Assembly: GCA_028023455.1 (NCBI GenBank)
Contig: JAQFVV010000001.1
Location: 5,642,001-5,706,000, forward strand
Source: Epiperipatus broadwayi
Lineage: Eukaryota > Animalia > Onychophora
Reading direction: 5' to 3'
Length of the DNA stretch: 64,000 nt
This document shows positions 1-12,900 of the stretch, in pieces (position 1 is the first letter of the stretch; every line of letters begins with the position of its first letter). The notes beneath the pieces were generated by a model that saw only the letters and a list, made by a program, of their open reading frames with translations, made no database searches and had not been told where the DNA came from. Position numbers and translations under genes: made by a program.

Positions 1-1
1 G

Positions 2-1393
2 CATGCCTCACCACATATGCTGAGGTGGTTCAACTTCTTATCAGGATATGATTTTATGCTACACTACATTGAGGGAAAACAGATTCCTCATGTTGATGCA
101 TTAAGTCATTTGCCTGCAGAATCTGCAGACAGGCTGATTACTACAGATCAGTCAGTTAACATGATTGATTTGGGAACAAACACACCACTGAACAGTAAAT
201 TAGTGGCTAAGTGGACCACAAATGACCCTGGGTTCCAAAGAATTAAAAAATGGATCCAGCAGGGGTGGCCAAATAAAAAACCAGAGGAGTTGCATCCAGC
301 CTACTGGACCCGAAGGCTGGAGCTCTCAATTGAAAAGGGATGTATTATCTGGGGATCCAGAGTAGTGATCCCCCTAGCTGGACGATCCCAAGTGCTTGAC
401 CTGTTGCATAATGGGCATCCAGGGATAGTCCGGATGAAGATGCTCACAAGGGCATATGTATGGTGGCCAACTTTGGACACAGAGATTAAGTCTAAAGTCC
501 ACCACTGCTGGCATTGCAAAATGAATCAAAACATGCCAGCAAAAGATAAAACAGTTCACTGGCCTAAACCTGAAGGCCCCTGGACAAGACTCCATGTGGA
601 CCATGCTGGCCCATGGAAAGGCAAACTACTATTAGTAGTAGTTGATTCATATTCTAAGTGGCTGGAGGTAGTGGAAGTTCCATCACTCCAGACCACTGCA
701 ACAATAGAAGCTCTTAGAAGGCTATTTGCTACACATGGCCTTCCTAGAATGATAGTCTCAGATAATGGCACAGCATTCACTGCAGTAGCCTTTAAAAACT
801 TTTGTGACAATAATGGCATTGAGCTAGTCTTCAGCCCACCATTTCACCCTGAAAGCAATGGCCAGGCTGAGAGATTGGTGCAAGAGACCAAAAAATTGCT
901 CACAAAGATCGACACAGGAAGCTGGAACACCCGTATTGCCAGAATGTTATTATCTCAGCACTCTACACCGAGTACTGTAACTGGAAAAACTCCAGCTGAA
1001 CTACTGTGTAATAGAACTTTGCGAACCAACTTGTCAGCTCTGATACCTGAGCCAAATGATGAAAAACAAGAAAAGGACAAAACTACCAAATTACAAATAG
1101 GGACTAATGTTCTATGCAGAATGTATAGTGGATCTGTTAAATGGATCCCAGCAGTCATCATCCAACAAAAAGGACTTCACACCATTTTAGTGGAAACAGC
1201 AGATGGATGTCAACATCATCACCATCGAGATCAATTGAGACTGGATTATACTGATGCAGCCACAAGGAATGAAGCTCCAGAGACATGCAGTACAAGCAAG
1301 GAGGACCAACAAACTGAAGACAACAGCAAACCAGAACCAGCACCAAAGCGCTTTAGTCGTCCTCCAGCACACCTGCAAGACTATGTTCTCTAG
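2..1393 (+). CDS. pol: Ty3/Gypsy pol C-terminus (end of RNase H, HHCC zinc-binding domain, rve integrase core, C-terminal domain); open to the window edge
   Basis: The 458-aa ORF (17-1393) is uninterrupted, and the frame is also open from position 2 (HASPHMLRW...). It contains LHNGHPG...CWHC (HHCC), HVDHAGP, IVSDNG and SNGQAER with exactly 35 residues between the second D and the E, and ends in the typical RPPAHLQDYVL*. Confidence 0.95.
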   Translation, partial: HASPHMLRWFNFLSGYDFMLHYIEGKQIPHVDALSHLPAESADRLITTDQSVNMIDLGTNTPLNSKLVAKWTTNDPGFQRIKKWIQQGWPNKKPEELHPAYWTRRLELSIEKGCIIWGSRVVIPLAGRSQVLDLLHNGHPGIVRMKMLTRAYVWWPTLDTEIKSKVHHCWHCKMNQNMPAKDKTVHWPKPEGPWTRLHVDHAGPWKGKLLLVVVDSYSKWLEVVEVPSLQTTATIEALRRLFATHGLPRMIVSDNGTAFTAVAFKNFCDNNGIELVFSPPFHPESNGQAERLVQETKKLLTKIDTGSWNTRIARMLLSQHSTPSTVTGKTPAELLCNRTLRTNLSALIPEPNDEKQEKDKTTKLQIGTNVLCRMYSGSVKWIPAVIIQQKGLHTILVETADGCQHHHHRDQLRLDYTDAATRNEAPETCSTSKEDQQTEDNSKPEPAPKRFSRPPAHLQDYVL

Positions 1394-1418
1394 GGTAAAT
1401 TTTAGCCAGGGGGAGGGA

Positions 1419-2057
1419 TGTTATAGTCCTCCCTTCTCTCAGAAGTGGACTATTCCAGATACCGCCTTATCAGATTGGATTAAGCATTGTTTGCCACAGG
1501 CCAATAGGCTGATGTATAGATAAAAGCATAGCCAATGATTATTACAGGCCAATGAGCAATGATGCTTGCTGAATCTGAAGGTTTTCAATAAGGTCAGGGA
1601 TCTGGGTATAAATAGTCAGCCTTTTGTGAGAATCAGGGAAGAACGTGTCTAACCTAAACAGACACTTTGCGTTCTCCCAGGGAAACTCTGCTAACCTAAA
1701 CAGCAGCAAGTATTCCCATTAATAGCACTACGCTATTTAGATCTACGCAGCTAGGCAAGTCCCACAGAGACCAAACGCTGCTAAGATCACACTTGGCTCG
1801 AGGCAAGCTGTCTTGTACAGCTGGAAGAGTCATAGAGCTTACCTGTGAGGCAAGCTATAAGGTGTGGCTGGAAGTGGCAAGCAGAACACAAGAGTTACGT
1901 TAAACTCCAAGATTCGACTTATAAATATGCATTTGTATACTGTATATTGTTTGTATATATTTGTACATAATAAATATATTAAATTATAATACTTGTTTCA
2001 GTATTATTTTATATTATTTACTGTTAGCTGAGTCTGTAATCCAGACCAAACACAACA
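1419..2057 (+). mobile_element. 3' LTR (639 bp) of the Gypsy element at the window start
   Basis: Polypurine tract AGGGGGAGGGA ends at 1418. The LTR starts TGTT(ATAG) at 1419 and ends (CAC)AACA at 2057. TATA-like GGGTATAAAT at ~1603 and AATAAA at ~1969. Confidence 0.85.
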
Positions 2058-2281
2058 CTGTTAGTATTAATTTCGTTAACCAAAAAGTATAATTGGAAAA
2101 ATTTAAGGATTTTTAAAATATAAAAAAGTTGACTTTTTGTTAGATTTATATAATTATGCAAGTTAATTTGGATTAAAAACCTTAGGATTTTTTTAATATT
2201 AGAATATTATCCTGAAAAGTGTAAAGAAATATAAAACAGTTGCTAGGTACAGAAGAGCATTAGTTCCAGCTTTGAATTCTA

Positions 2282-2330
2282 GTCCTCACTGATGAAGATA
2301 AAATCCAGAAATCAGTTTGGGTTGAGGATA
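2282..2330 (+). ncRNA. Degenerate hammerhead-ribozyme-like motif (PLE-type 3' end remnant)
   Basis: TCCTCA-CTGATGA(2289-2295)-AGATAAAATCCA-GAAA-TCAGTT...TGAGGA. The core boxes and stem I complement (TCCTCA/TGAGGA) are present, but stems II and III are not canonical. Confidence 0.4.
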
Positions 2331-2465
2331 TTGTAGAACTATATTATCTAATATCCATTGATTACTCAAACTCATAATAGATGGATCTACAATTAAGATA
2401 AAAAAGGTTATGAATAAACATGTGAAAAAAATAATATGATATTAATATATAAAAAAATAAACTAC

Positions 2466-2620
2466 TAAACATCACATGATCACAATTTCTTATGCTTGCA
2501 CAAGCTATTAAAAACAGAGGCAAAACTTTTTATACAATAGTGCCACTCAGTGTAAGATAGAGTAATAAATGAATGCAGAAAGGTTTGTGCATAAAATCTT
2601 TATCCCCAAACTAATTTCTT
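2466..2620 (-). repeat. Partial copy of the hammerhead-bearing short repeat family (3' part)
   Basis: The reverse complement matches 51310-51490 (…GAAA.TAGTTTGGGGA…GATTTTATGCACAAACCTT.CTGCAT.CA.T.ATTACTCT…GTTTTGCCTCTG…AGCTTGTG.AAGCATAAG…GTGATCATGTGATGTTT). Confidence 0.8.
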
Positions 2621-3780
2621 TCTTGTGGCTACTGTATGAAGAGTTTTGCTTCTGATTATAAAAAAAAATATTTCTATATTGTTCAAAATAGCTCATAAGA
2701 AAGATTTTTGAAATGCATGAATAGCAATTAGTCAGTTTTTTTACATGGTATAGTGACTGAGAAGTGAATGTTTCAAGCTATAACAGTGGAGTATATGTCT
2801 GTCCAAATTTATGTGCATGCATGGGTTTTAAAGCAGTTATTTGCTTAATTATAAATATAATTTTTTGTAAATTTAAAAATGCAATTAATTAAAAATTATA
2901 TAGAAGAAAGGCTTAAATTATAGCTTTGTTGTAAATCAAGAAAAATAATAACTGAAAGTGTATCACTAGGAACTACAATTAAGATCTACTTAAATAAAAA
3001 TTACTATTTATCTTTCTTCATAATGTTATCCATTCTTAATATGTTGGAAAACTTCATGAATAAAATTATTATTTATAGAAGTTTATTTTTTATTTGACTC
3101 CAAGTAAGGCAAAATATGGATGAAGGTTCTCAGTAACTATCCTACTTATAGTTAGATTTATATACATTTTTATAATTGTATCCAGATAAATTTGTATATG
3201 TTTGAATTTCATGCCTTCTGTGATAATTAATATTGGGTAATATATTTATTTATTTATTTTATTTGAAATTAGTGGATTATCAAGTTTTCTACAGTTACAA
3301 AGAAATAGATGATATATGGTATTAGATATAAAATGAGTATAAAATAAAATAGATGAATGAATATTCAACTTTAAATATGAGTACAAAATTAAATGGATGA
3401 ATGATAGCTAAAAATTAAACATAAGATAAGTAAATAAAATAGAGAAGATGATGAAATTTGAATACATTGTGTTAATATTAAAAATAAAAATTTATTAAAG
3501 TTTGTCAATCAGCTTTTAATATGGAAATTTTTATGTTTTGTGATTTTTACATTATCTATTAATTACTTGTTTTTTTTTTTTTTTAAAAAAAAAAACAACT
3601 GAATTTGAAATGAAATGTTTCAATTTTTAAAATTATATGAGAAATAAAAAAGAAAGGTAAAATGAAATATAAATGCAAGTTATTAACTATTTAAAGTATT
3701 TTTCAAATTTTAATTATTATCAAATAATGAGCACTAATAAAGTTATTCTTATTAATAATAATAATAATTATTATTATTAA

Positions 3781-4020
3781 TAAAAAGTCAGATGTCACAT
3801 GACTTATATATAGCTTGCATTTACCAATATGTAAACTTAAGAGCATGCTATAACTCCAAACAAGCTTTTTTTTAATATTATGATAAATGCTACTACAAGA
3901 GAAGGCATTCAAATTATCTTTATCTTAGATTGTCCCCATCCCCAGACCGGTTTCGACCTATGGGTCTCATCAGTGAGGAGTTGGGACACTAGATTCAAAA
4001 ACCAACTCAAGCTAAGCATT
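3781..4020 (-). mobile_element. ~240-bp non-coding PLE-derived/retrozyme-like element carrying the hammerhead, between (ATT/TAA)n microsatellites
   Basis: Shares GCTTAGCTTGA upstream of the ribozyme and AAAA.AGCTTGT…TCATGTGA..T.TGA downstream with the family at 51057-51493. Flanked by trinucleotide tracts at ~3751-3780 and ~4018-4045. Confidence 0.55.
3931..3987 (-). ncRNA. Type I hammerhead ribozyme with intact core
   Basis: Minus strand reads UGUCC-AAC-UCCUCA-CUGAUGA-GACC-CAUA-GGUC-GAAA-C-CG-GUC^-UGGGGA-UG-GGGACA. It has the canonical core, a 4-bp stem II, a palindromic minimal stem III (ACCGGU), a GUC cleavage triplet (cut between 3945 and 3944) and a bipartite stem I. Confidence 0.88.
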
Positions 4021-7000
4021 TATTATTACTATTATTATTATGATGATGTTTCTGAGTATAAATTATTTTTGTGTATGTTAAGTTTAATTGAATCATAGCA
4101 ATATGTATAACATTTGATGATTAACCATATAATTTTTTTCCAAAATAATATATACCATTAGAAAACCTTGTATTTTATTACAATATTTCAGTCATGTATA
4201 TTTTTAGACTTTTCTAATGATATTAAGAAATTTATATCTTGTTGTCTCAGATATAAATACAATATTATTTTATAAAACTGATATCTATAATTGACTGAGA
4301 AAACACTGACGCCCTCTTTATTCTCATTATTTATCAGCATTATTTAATCATATATTTGTAATGAGTAATTGAGATACGAAGTATTATTTTAAAATGTAAT
4401 TAATATTACAATTAATTATAAGCAAAATTCCCATTTCAATCAACTATAAAAATGTTAAAGTGGGTCAAAAACTTAGATGACTATAAATTCAAAGGCCTAA
4501 ACTTTTTATCATTTATACTAAGTCATAACCATCATTCTTTAAATTTGAATAGCGTCAAAATTTCTCTCCAACTATGAAGTTAATTGTAAAATATTTATAT
4601 ATGCTACATAATAATTTCAGAATTGACAACTATTAAAATATAAAACACAAAGCATCATTTTCAAAGAAAACTTATTCACTATTTATGCCAAGTGGAAAAT
4701 ATAGCTAATTACAAAGCAAGCAGAATTAGCTAAAATAAAATATACCGATTTTTAAAAGTATTTTATTTGAAAATCTAAAAAATGTAATACCCATTAATTT
4801 TAACTGGATTTATTTACTATGCAGCGAACAAACAAAATTATATACAGACCAGATCTATTTTTTTTATTTTTATAAACTAATATATTGCGTATATGTGTGT
4901 GCACATAATTAAAAAAAAAAAATTAAACTGACAGTTAATAATGAAATTAAAATGAAATAAAAACTGATGGGTAAAAAAATTTCCAATAAATATTTTTTTA
5001 TTTGAATATGTAAGTAAACAATTATAAAATAAGTTTTATTCTTTATAATTAATAGACCCATTCACAAATATATTTTAAAAAAGTTATAAACTTAATTCCA
5101 TGTTCTTTATAAACTCACCAAGTATGTATATATAAATAGACAACTAATCACAAAATATTATAATAAAATAAAACTAATGCAGTATTGAATTAGAGAGCCA
5201 AAAATATTTTTAAACAACTCTGTGTCAAAGAAGAATTTTGATATATTATACAATTTTTTTTTATTGTAAATTGTAGCAAAATAAGGATCACAATATCATT
5301 TTCAAAGAATTTCTATCAATAGTTTACTCTTAATACCATTAATAATAAAGCGGAATTACTTCATAAGACCAAATTATTTAATAAAAAAACATAAAGTGAA
5401 CTCTTAATCTATCATTCTTTAAGAGACCAGAAAAGATCAAAGATAGATTCATAAAAATGATAGCATGGAAGACTTAAAAATTATAGCTAAAAACAATTTG
5501 ATGACTATTCACTGAAATATTTACATGTAAAGTATAAGTGAACTCTTAACTTTAAATATAATTCAACTATTCTTAATCAAAAAAAGTAAACAAAAAATTC
5601 TGAATTATAAGAATTTTTATGAAGAGAAAAGTTAGGATTATTATTAAAATAAAATATTTAAAATGTCATATCAAATTAAAAAAAAAATCATGAAAAAAAG
5701 ATTGTGTAAGTATAATAAATTAGTGGTAAATGCCAAAAAAAATGACATTTGAAAAATAATAGATATGTTAAAGAATAACATGTATTTCTATGGGACTAAT
5801 TTTGAGAATAAAGAAAGCAGATGATGGATGTATATATACATAAAGTGGGTTGAACGTTCACTATATGCTCTACTGTGATATGGACTGTATTAATATATAC
5901 TACTTCAATTATATCACATCCAAAAAAGTATAAATAAGTAATCAAAAAATGTAAACAAAAAATAAAAAATTAAATTTCATAAATTTGATACTTAAATACA
6001 AGTATAATATATATATAATTTAAACTAAATGTGATCAGTTGTATAAGATGGAGTAAATAACTAAAGAGAGCTTGAAAGTCTGGGTTCAAATCCTGTCTGA
6101 TTTCATAAATTTTATGAATTTGTATCTCAAATAGTATTCCAGCTGTCATTTTTTTTTGTACTGTAATATTTGAACTAATTCTAACAATTTCATTTATTGA
6201 CTATGTTTTTTCAGGATAAATACATTGAAAGCACAGACATTTTTTTTCTTCTTTTAAAAGTTTGACATAGTCCATTATTCATTTGATATAATATTATTCT
6301 ATCATGTAAGAAAACTTAAATTCTTTGAAGTTATTCATTTTATTTTTTAAAAATTAAAGATATGGTATAATAAGTTCATTATTTTTTTAACTAAATGTAA
6401 ATGAGTAAATATATTTGCAAGGGTGCTCTCTCAGTTTATTAATTAACAATTAACATACAATTTTTAAATTTTTTATTTACATTGTAATTTTAATTGTAGA
6501 AGCATATTATGCATATAAAATGATTATATATACATATACGTGTGTTGAAAGTTAGTGTTCACCTGCATAAATGATATATATGACATTATAATAAAACCTT
6601 ATAAACAAAATGAGATATTATCCATTATATATAGTATACATAGAGGAAGGGGGATATTTTGGAACAAAATATCATGGAAATTGCAGCTTCTCAAATTTTT
6701 TTTAATAGACAAGGATACATTATTTTCTGGTCAAATATTAATAAAATATTTTGATTTACAAGTATCAACTTTCTACACACATTCCACTTCAGGTAAAAAC
6801 ATAAATTATTACTAAAATTATTTATTAAATTACAAATTGTGAATTGGTCTAACTGAAGGGTTGTTTTAATATGAAATGCATATATTGAGGGTTATTTATC
6901 CTTATTCATATGTTTCAAGAATCTATGATGAAATGAAAGTTTTAAATATATCTAAAAAAATATTTAAATCAATTTTATTTTTTTAATAAATCATACCTGA

Positions 7001-7403
7001 TTATATATAAATCAAGGTGTTAAAAGAGATGCTGATTCCAGCCTTGTATAATTGATTATGAGTTTAATAACTCTTAAGTGCCATATTCAATCTGGCTGAT
7101 AAATTGATTTTATTCTGAATTATCAACAAAATTGACAAAGGCATGATTATAAACATCAGAGCTCCCAAGAATAGGTGGATTAATTCTATTCTTGGTCACT
7201 GTGTTCAATATATAGAAAACTTTTAATTCATAGGTCGGGGGTGAGTGATTTACTCTCTTTATTTACATATACATTGAACTTTGTTTAATTTAAAGTTTAT
7301 AGATATAATAATAAAAGCAAAATAAAATCTATTCTTATTAAAAAGTCATAAACAATTGTGAAAGTTGTTTGTTTTTTATAACCATCACATTTATAAATGT
7401 ATT

Positions 7404-7640
7404 TTAGACCAGGAGTGGGCACACGTTTTCAAAGCAAGGTCTATTTATAATATTTTCCAGGTATTGCAGTTTACCATTTACATGTTGCATCATGTATGGT
7501 TTTAAAGTTTCTGTCAATAAGTAACATGCTTGCATGATGTATATAACACATATTTTGCATTCATCATTGTGAAGAAAAACTTCTTTCCATTCTGTATTAA
7601 AGTCATTTGTTTTTCTTTCCTTTGCAATTATTTCAGACAT
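7404..7640 (-). pseudogene. Possible degenerate hAT (GTF2IRD2/SPIN-like) transposase N-terminus
   Basis: AKERKTNDFNTEWKEVFLHNDECKICVIY resembles the AKKRK…FN.EW…F……CLIC start of such transposases. Similarity judged by eye only. Confidence 0.35.
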
Positions 7641-9104
7641 TACAACTCTCTTTTAAAACATAATAAAATATAAATTTTTTTAAATCTGTGCATCTGCTAT
7701 AACAAAAAATATTTATTGTTTTCATGACTAACAAACACTTCAGTGTTTCCATTTGCATCTTTCCATTATGCAGTGAATGCTTTGAGCTGACAAATTTCTA
7801 ATGAATGTATGCAGCATCATACATTTTGAATAAAAGCATGTGTCATCTGACTCATTCATAAGCAATTACCTGACTACACATAGTTGTTTAAATAGAGAAG
7901 AACCTATTCTTACCTGTAGTTTCTGTACATGGGTGAAAAGTATATTTCTTTTAGGTATTGTTATCTAATTTAGTATAATATAGTATTGGTTACCATTATT
8001 TTTTTTTAAATTCAGGATGATCACTCCAAAATTTCTTGCTGGTCTAATAGTGAACCGTGATTGACATCTTGCCAAACCCCTGTTCTAGACAATTACATAC
8101 TCACTTTCATGCTTGTTTTTTAATAAAAATTAATAATTAAATATGTAAATAACACAATTATATATCATGATAGGAAAATAAAATAATATAATATGTGAAG
8201 TTAGAACAGCAAAATGCTTCCAGAAAGTTCGTGACATAAAATACTAGATGTTATACAATTTTTCAACTGCAATCTATAATAATATAAAATTCACAATACC
8301 AATTTCAGAAAAACGGTTCTAAGCTCTTAACATAACTAATTACAAAGCAATCTCAACTAAAATGTTTTATATAAAATAGATTTTTTGGTTATATATATAT
8401 TAGAATTAATTTCTCTAATGATGTGTTGATGAATCCCGAATGACTTTTATTTGAATGGCATTTTTATTAAGATAATCAGAGTTCATCTATATTCTAAAAA
8501 TTATCTTTTATTTCATTTTTTCCAAGTATTATACAGAACTCTTTTTAATAAAAAAGATTTATTCACAAATGTGATCAAAATAAGCTATTTTTAAGTCTAG
8601 TTATTTCTTCTTCTTCAAAAAATTTAGCCCTAAAACTTATCAAGTGCTCAATTGTTATTATTCATGGCATTTTATAAATTCCTTGCCTATATATTTTTTT
8701 TCTTAAAAAGTATAACGTGAAAAAAATTATTTTTGTTTTTAAAGCAAAATTCTTATTTAAAGCTTTTTTTCAATATTTTTTTTTCCTCTCAGTCCATAGA
8801 AGATCGTTTGTTGGTGATAAATATTTAAATAGGCAACTTCTAAGTATATTATTATATAAATAATTTCTGTTTTAGTCTTTTCCCCCAAATTTAATTTGAA
8901 TCTGATGTCTCTCCATTTTCAATCATGAGCTATTTGAAATTCATGATAGTTTCTCTAATAGATATTCATTTCTTAATACTAGCTTCTCTTTTTTACGATT
9001 TGGTCTATATTTCATAATCATCATTTGAACTTGTTTGACTTAGATTTATGTTTAATGATTTTCTTGTTTTATAGTCACAGTTCTTGTAATTCTTTAATAC
9101 TCAT

Positions 9105-9185
9105 GATTGGTGGTCGAGAGGTCAGCGACAGTTGCTTTACAAGCAGTTGTCCTGGGTTAGCAGATTCGCATCTTGGCTGATGCTA
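9105..9185 (+). repeat. tRNA-like GC-rich segment (probable tRNA-derived SINE head or pseudo-tRNA)
   Basis: A-box-like TGGTCGAGAGG (9111-9121) and a 7-bp stem CAGTTGC/GCAGTTG closing a 7-nt loop TTTACAA (anticodon position TAC). The B box and acceptor stem are defective. Confidence 0.35.
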
Positions 9186-9979
9186 TGACACATGAGAAAA
9201 AAAAATCTAAATAAACGTTTGATATTATTACCAAATTCTACAGCATAAGATAACATTATTATATCAGCTTTATTTTAATTTTTGTTACTGCTATTACAAT
9301 TAATTTTTTCTATCTCTCAAAACTGGAAATTTTATTTATTTGATGTACCAGAATTTGCAGAAAGTTATTAGATGTTCTTTTGCTTAATTATACTGCCTAT
9401 TACAATTGTTTTTTTTTTTTTTCATTTTTATCTTTGACATTTACATCTACAATCAACATGGCTATCTTGTTTTTATCATCAGTCTGGCCCTGATCATTTT
9501 TTTTTATTCACATGAATTTTTAGGACAGGAACTTGTATTATTATGATGTGGAATTTATTTCAATTACAGAAAATTGCTACTAATCAGTTAGTCTTAGGAA
9601 TATATCTAATGCTATTTATGAAATATTCTTTTTGATAATGTACAGTTCTTAATGGTTTATGCTTAATATTGCTTTTCAATAATTGAAAATATCCATTTAT
9701 ATATATCTAATTCATTAAAATGACAATGATTATGTATGTTTCTGTATTCATAATTCAATTTTTTTTTACCCAGATCCTGAGTATTTTGTGTAGCACTGGT
9801 AATAATTTTAACAAAAAGTCTTATAATAGTTTAATCAGTCCATATCACAAACATCAGCAAATAAATGAAGATTTTCAATTCTGTCACAATAGTTTGTTGA
9901 TTGCCTCTGTCTTGTAGATGTATCTTCTTGCTTTTTATCATAATTTTGTATATGTGATTTATTCATATGATTATCATAA

Positions 9980-12900
9980 TAACATATAATTGTAGTTTAT
10001 AATAGTTGTCTTCTATATAGTTTGAATGAATAATGGTAAATATATTGAAGAAGACTATCAGCATTATTTTGTATTACTATTATAATACAGATATTAATAA
10101 AAATTAAAGATGAAAATAGCAAAAGAGTTAAATAAAAAAATGTAGACTCTCTACATAAAGTAATATTAGAGGGTAGTAGAATGATTAATAAATGGTTGAA
10201 CAGCTTTCAAGTAACCATTTTCAGTACAAAAATCTTTTCAATAATACTCACAAAAAAAAAAAAAGTAAAAAGTCATTACTAAAAAGATTATCCCAACTTT
10301 TGAATAAGAATTTAAGCATTTTTTTCTCCTTTTCTTAATACCTGAAAAAAAGATAGATTCCATTTTCTAATCAATAATTGGATAAATACTTACTTTGATA
10401 ATCTGAAAATTCTAGGCTACTCCAGATATAAACAAAATTATTGTCTTGTTGTCAATAGTATTCTGTTCCACAGACCCATCCAGAAAAGTCACATTACCAA
10501 TCTATCCATTTTCCACTCACTTCTCTACATTACCCAACTCTCTAACTCCATGTAACTCTTCCCATCTCTTAAATCATCCAATAATGTCAATCTTTTTCAT
10601 AATTTCTTGTTGCTCCCATTCACTCCAAAACATCTTTCATTAAACTATTATAAATTTCATAGTAGACAATATTTTTTTCATCCAGATATGGCATGTCAAA
10701 CTTGGAACTCATAACTGAATCTACCACATTTTGTTTATTATAGAACATTTAATTTTTGGCACATCAGGAGCACGTTTTATTTCACTTAATTATTGAGAAT
10801 ATTCAAATTCTATTAAGAAGTCTGTTTTCTAAACTATTTCTCGATTGCCAGTAAATTTATCCACATTTTTCAAAAGCATCAAGTTTCTAATTTTTTTTAT
10901 ATTATCACAACACTGTATGCATTAGACATTTTTTAGAAAATCATTTACGACCAAATTGACTATTAATTGTGCTTTTTTTGTTTTAGTTTTAGAATTTCCT
11001 ATTTAAGATTTATGAATTAGAGGCTCAAAGTTGAAGCAGCATTGAATGGCTTTTCATTCTCTCATTAGAAGCTTTAATACATCTCTCACTCTTCTAATAA
11101 ATTCTTGTTTAAAGATCCTTTCATTTATTTTTGATACTAATTTTTGTTTCATGAATTTGTTAAAGTTGCTAACCTCAAATTTCCCATTAAATCATCTTTC
11201 AAGAAATGATTATTTTTAGATAATACATTCACAAAGAAATTAGAGATTAAATTTTTATTATTAATCCAAATTACATACTGAAAAATGCTAAAAATGGAAA
11301 ACAAATTAAAAGTTTTGTTAAGTATATGTTGGAAATCAGTCTGCTAAGCAAAATCTTTCTTGAGAAAAACATTTTGTATTATTTTAAAAATCTTTACAAT
11401 GTGATCAAATATTAATTAGAATATTTGTATATGTTGCCAAATGAAATTGTGTCCTAATGTATCTACTTGCCTTTTCCATAACATTTTGAATCTGGGCTGG
11501 AACGTTTTTGAAAATTTTCAGGTGATGTATAGAAATGGAATTTTTTTTAGTCATTCACTTAGAATCTAGTATTGGTAATAATTATTACTTATTGAAGGAG
11601 ATCCCAGGCTAATCTGATATTGGAATAAAAATGTGATACAAATGTTCATTAATTAAAAAAAAAAAAACTATTGTAATAACAATATTGGAATAAAGTATAT
11701 ATATTGATGCTTGTAGAATTAAACACAGACGTGGGCCTATCTATTATTTTTATATCATTCTTCACATAATCACCATTTCTTATACTTGCTCAAGCTGTTA
11801 AAATAGGAAAAACTCTCCATGTAGTACTAACACTCAACGCAAGCTAGAAACTAGCCTGGGGATATTGGTTGAGTAGCCACTAGATAGGGATTTTATGCAC
11901 AAACCTTCTTGCATTCATTGATTACTCTGGTTTGCATTGAGTGGCATTACTATATGGAGTGTTTTGCCTGTTCTATATCATCTATATGTTTAACCTTATA
12001 TATCCTCTACCATCTATACATGAATTAAATACATGAGATTTATTAACTTCAAATTTTATTTGTATTTTTTGCATGTCTTTTTTGTTTAATACTTTCTTCA
12101 CAATATATATACAGATTCTCTGCAGCATATTATTGTAGTATTAAAAAAAATGTTATCATCTAAAAGGAAATTGTGTGAGAAATCTTTTATAATCTGAAAT
12201 CAATAATGACATTTTTTAAAAAGATAGAGCAATCTGATTACTGCTGAGTTGATAAATAAAAGATGAAGTATTAGGTCCAATACAAATGGAAAAGAGGTGA
12301 AAATTTTCAAACAAGTCATATGTCTGCTGGAAAAGGGACTTGCTAAGTTTAGTTTGTAATATTAATGATTTCACAAAGACACTCTATTCTATTTTGAATG
12401 TTATATATAATGTAAAATGGCCTTTTTATCAACAAAGTCGTTAATCATATTCCCAGAATATGTAAAGTATTGTCCAAAGCTATCTTTAATAGTGTTAATT
12501 ACTATTAATTTAAACTGTAGTATTCATAAAATCCTTATCATTTATTAAATCAATCTCACTTTTTAAGAATCCTTATTTCCATTATTTTGTTTATAATTTC
12601 TTTGTTCTCATTCATTTTAAAAATAAAGCCATCACTTTAAAAAAAAAAAAACAAACTATAATTCTTCCACCATTATATATATGTTGCACAATTTCATCTT
12701 TTTTCTTTAACATTAATAAAATTATTATTTTTTATAGTAAATATTTTTGTTCCATACCCAATCAAATCTCACATAAAATTTAAATCTTTTCCCCACTGTT
12801 TCATCGTTGCTTCTAGATTCCCTGTTATAGTCTTAAATATTAAATCTCTCCTAGTAGTACATAAATAACTTTAGCCTCAGTATTGATTCTGTTTTTTTTT

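Noticed and set aside
301-1523. Short ORFs overlapping pol (301-519, 374-604, 556-819, 955-1161, 1158-1346, 1187-1378, 1254-1523)
   Set aside because: Antisense or alternative-frame shadows of the integrase ORF.
7900-8110. Splice-like signals (minus-strand GTAAG at ~7915 and GTGAGT at ~8104; plus-strand acceptor at ~8016)
   Set aside because: No open, recognisable exon can be built from them.
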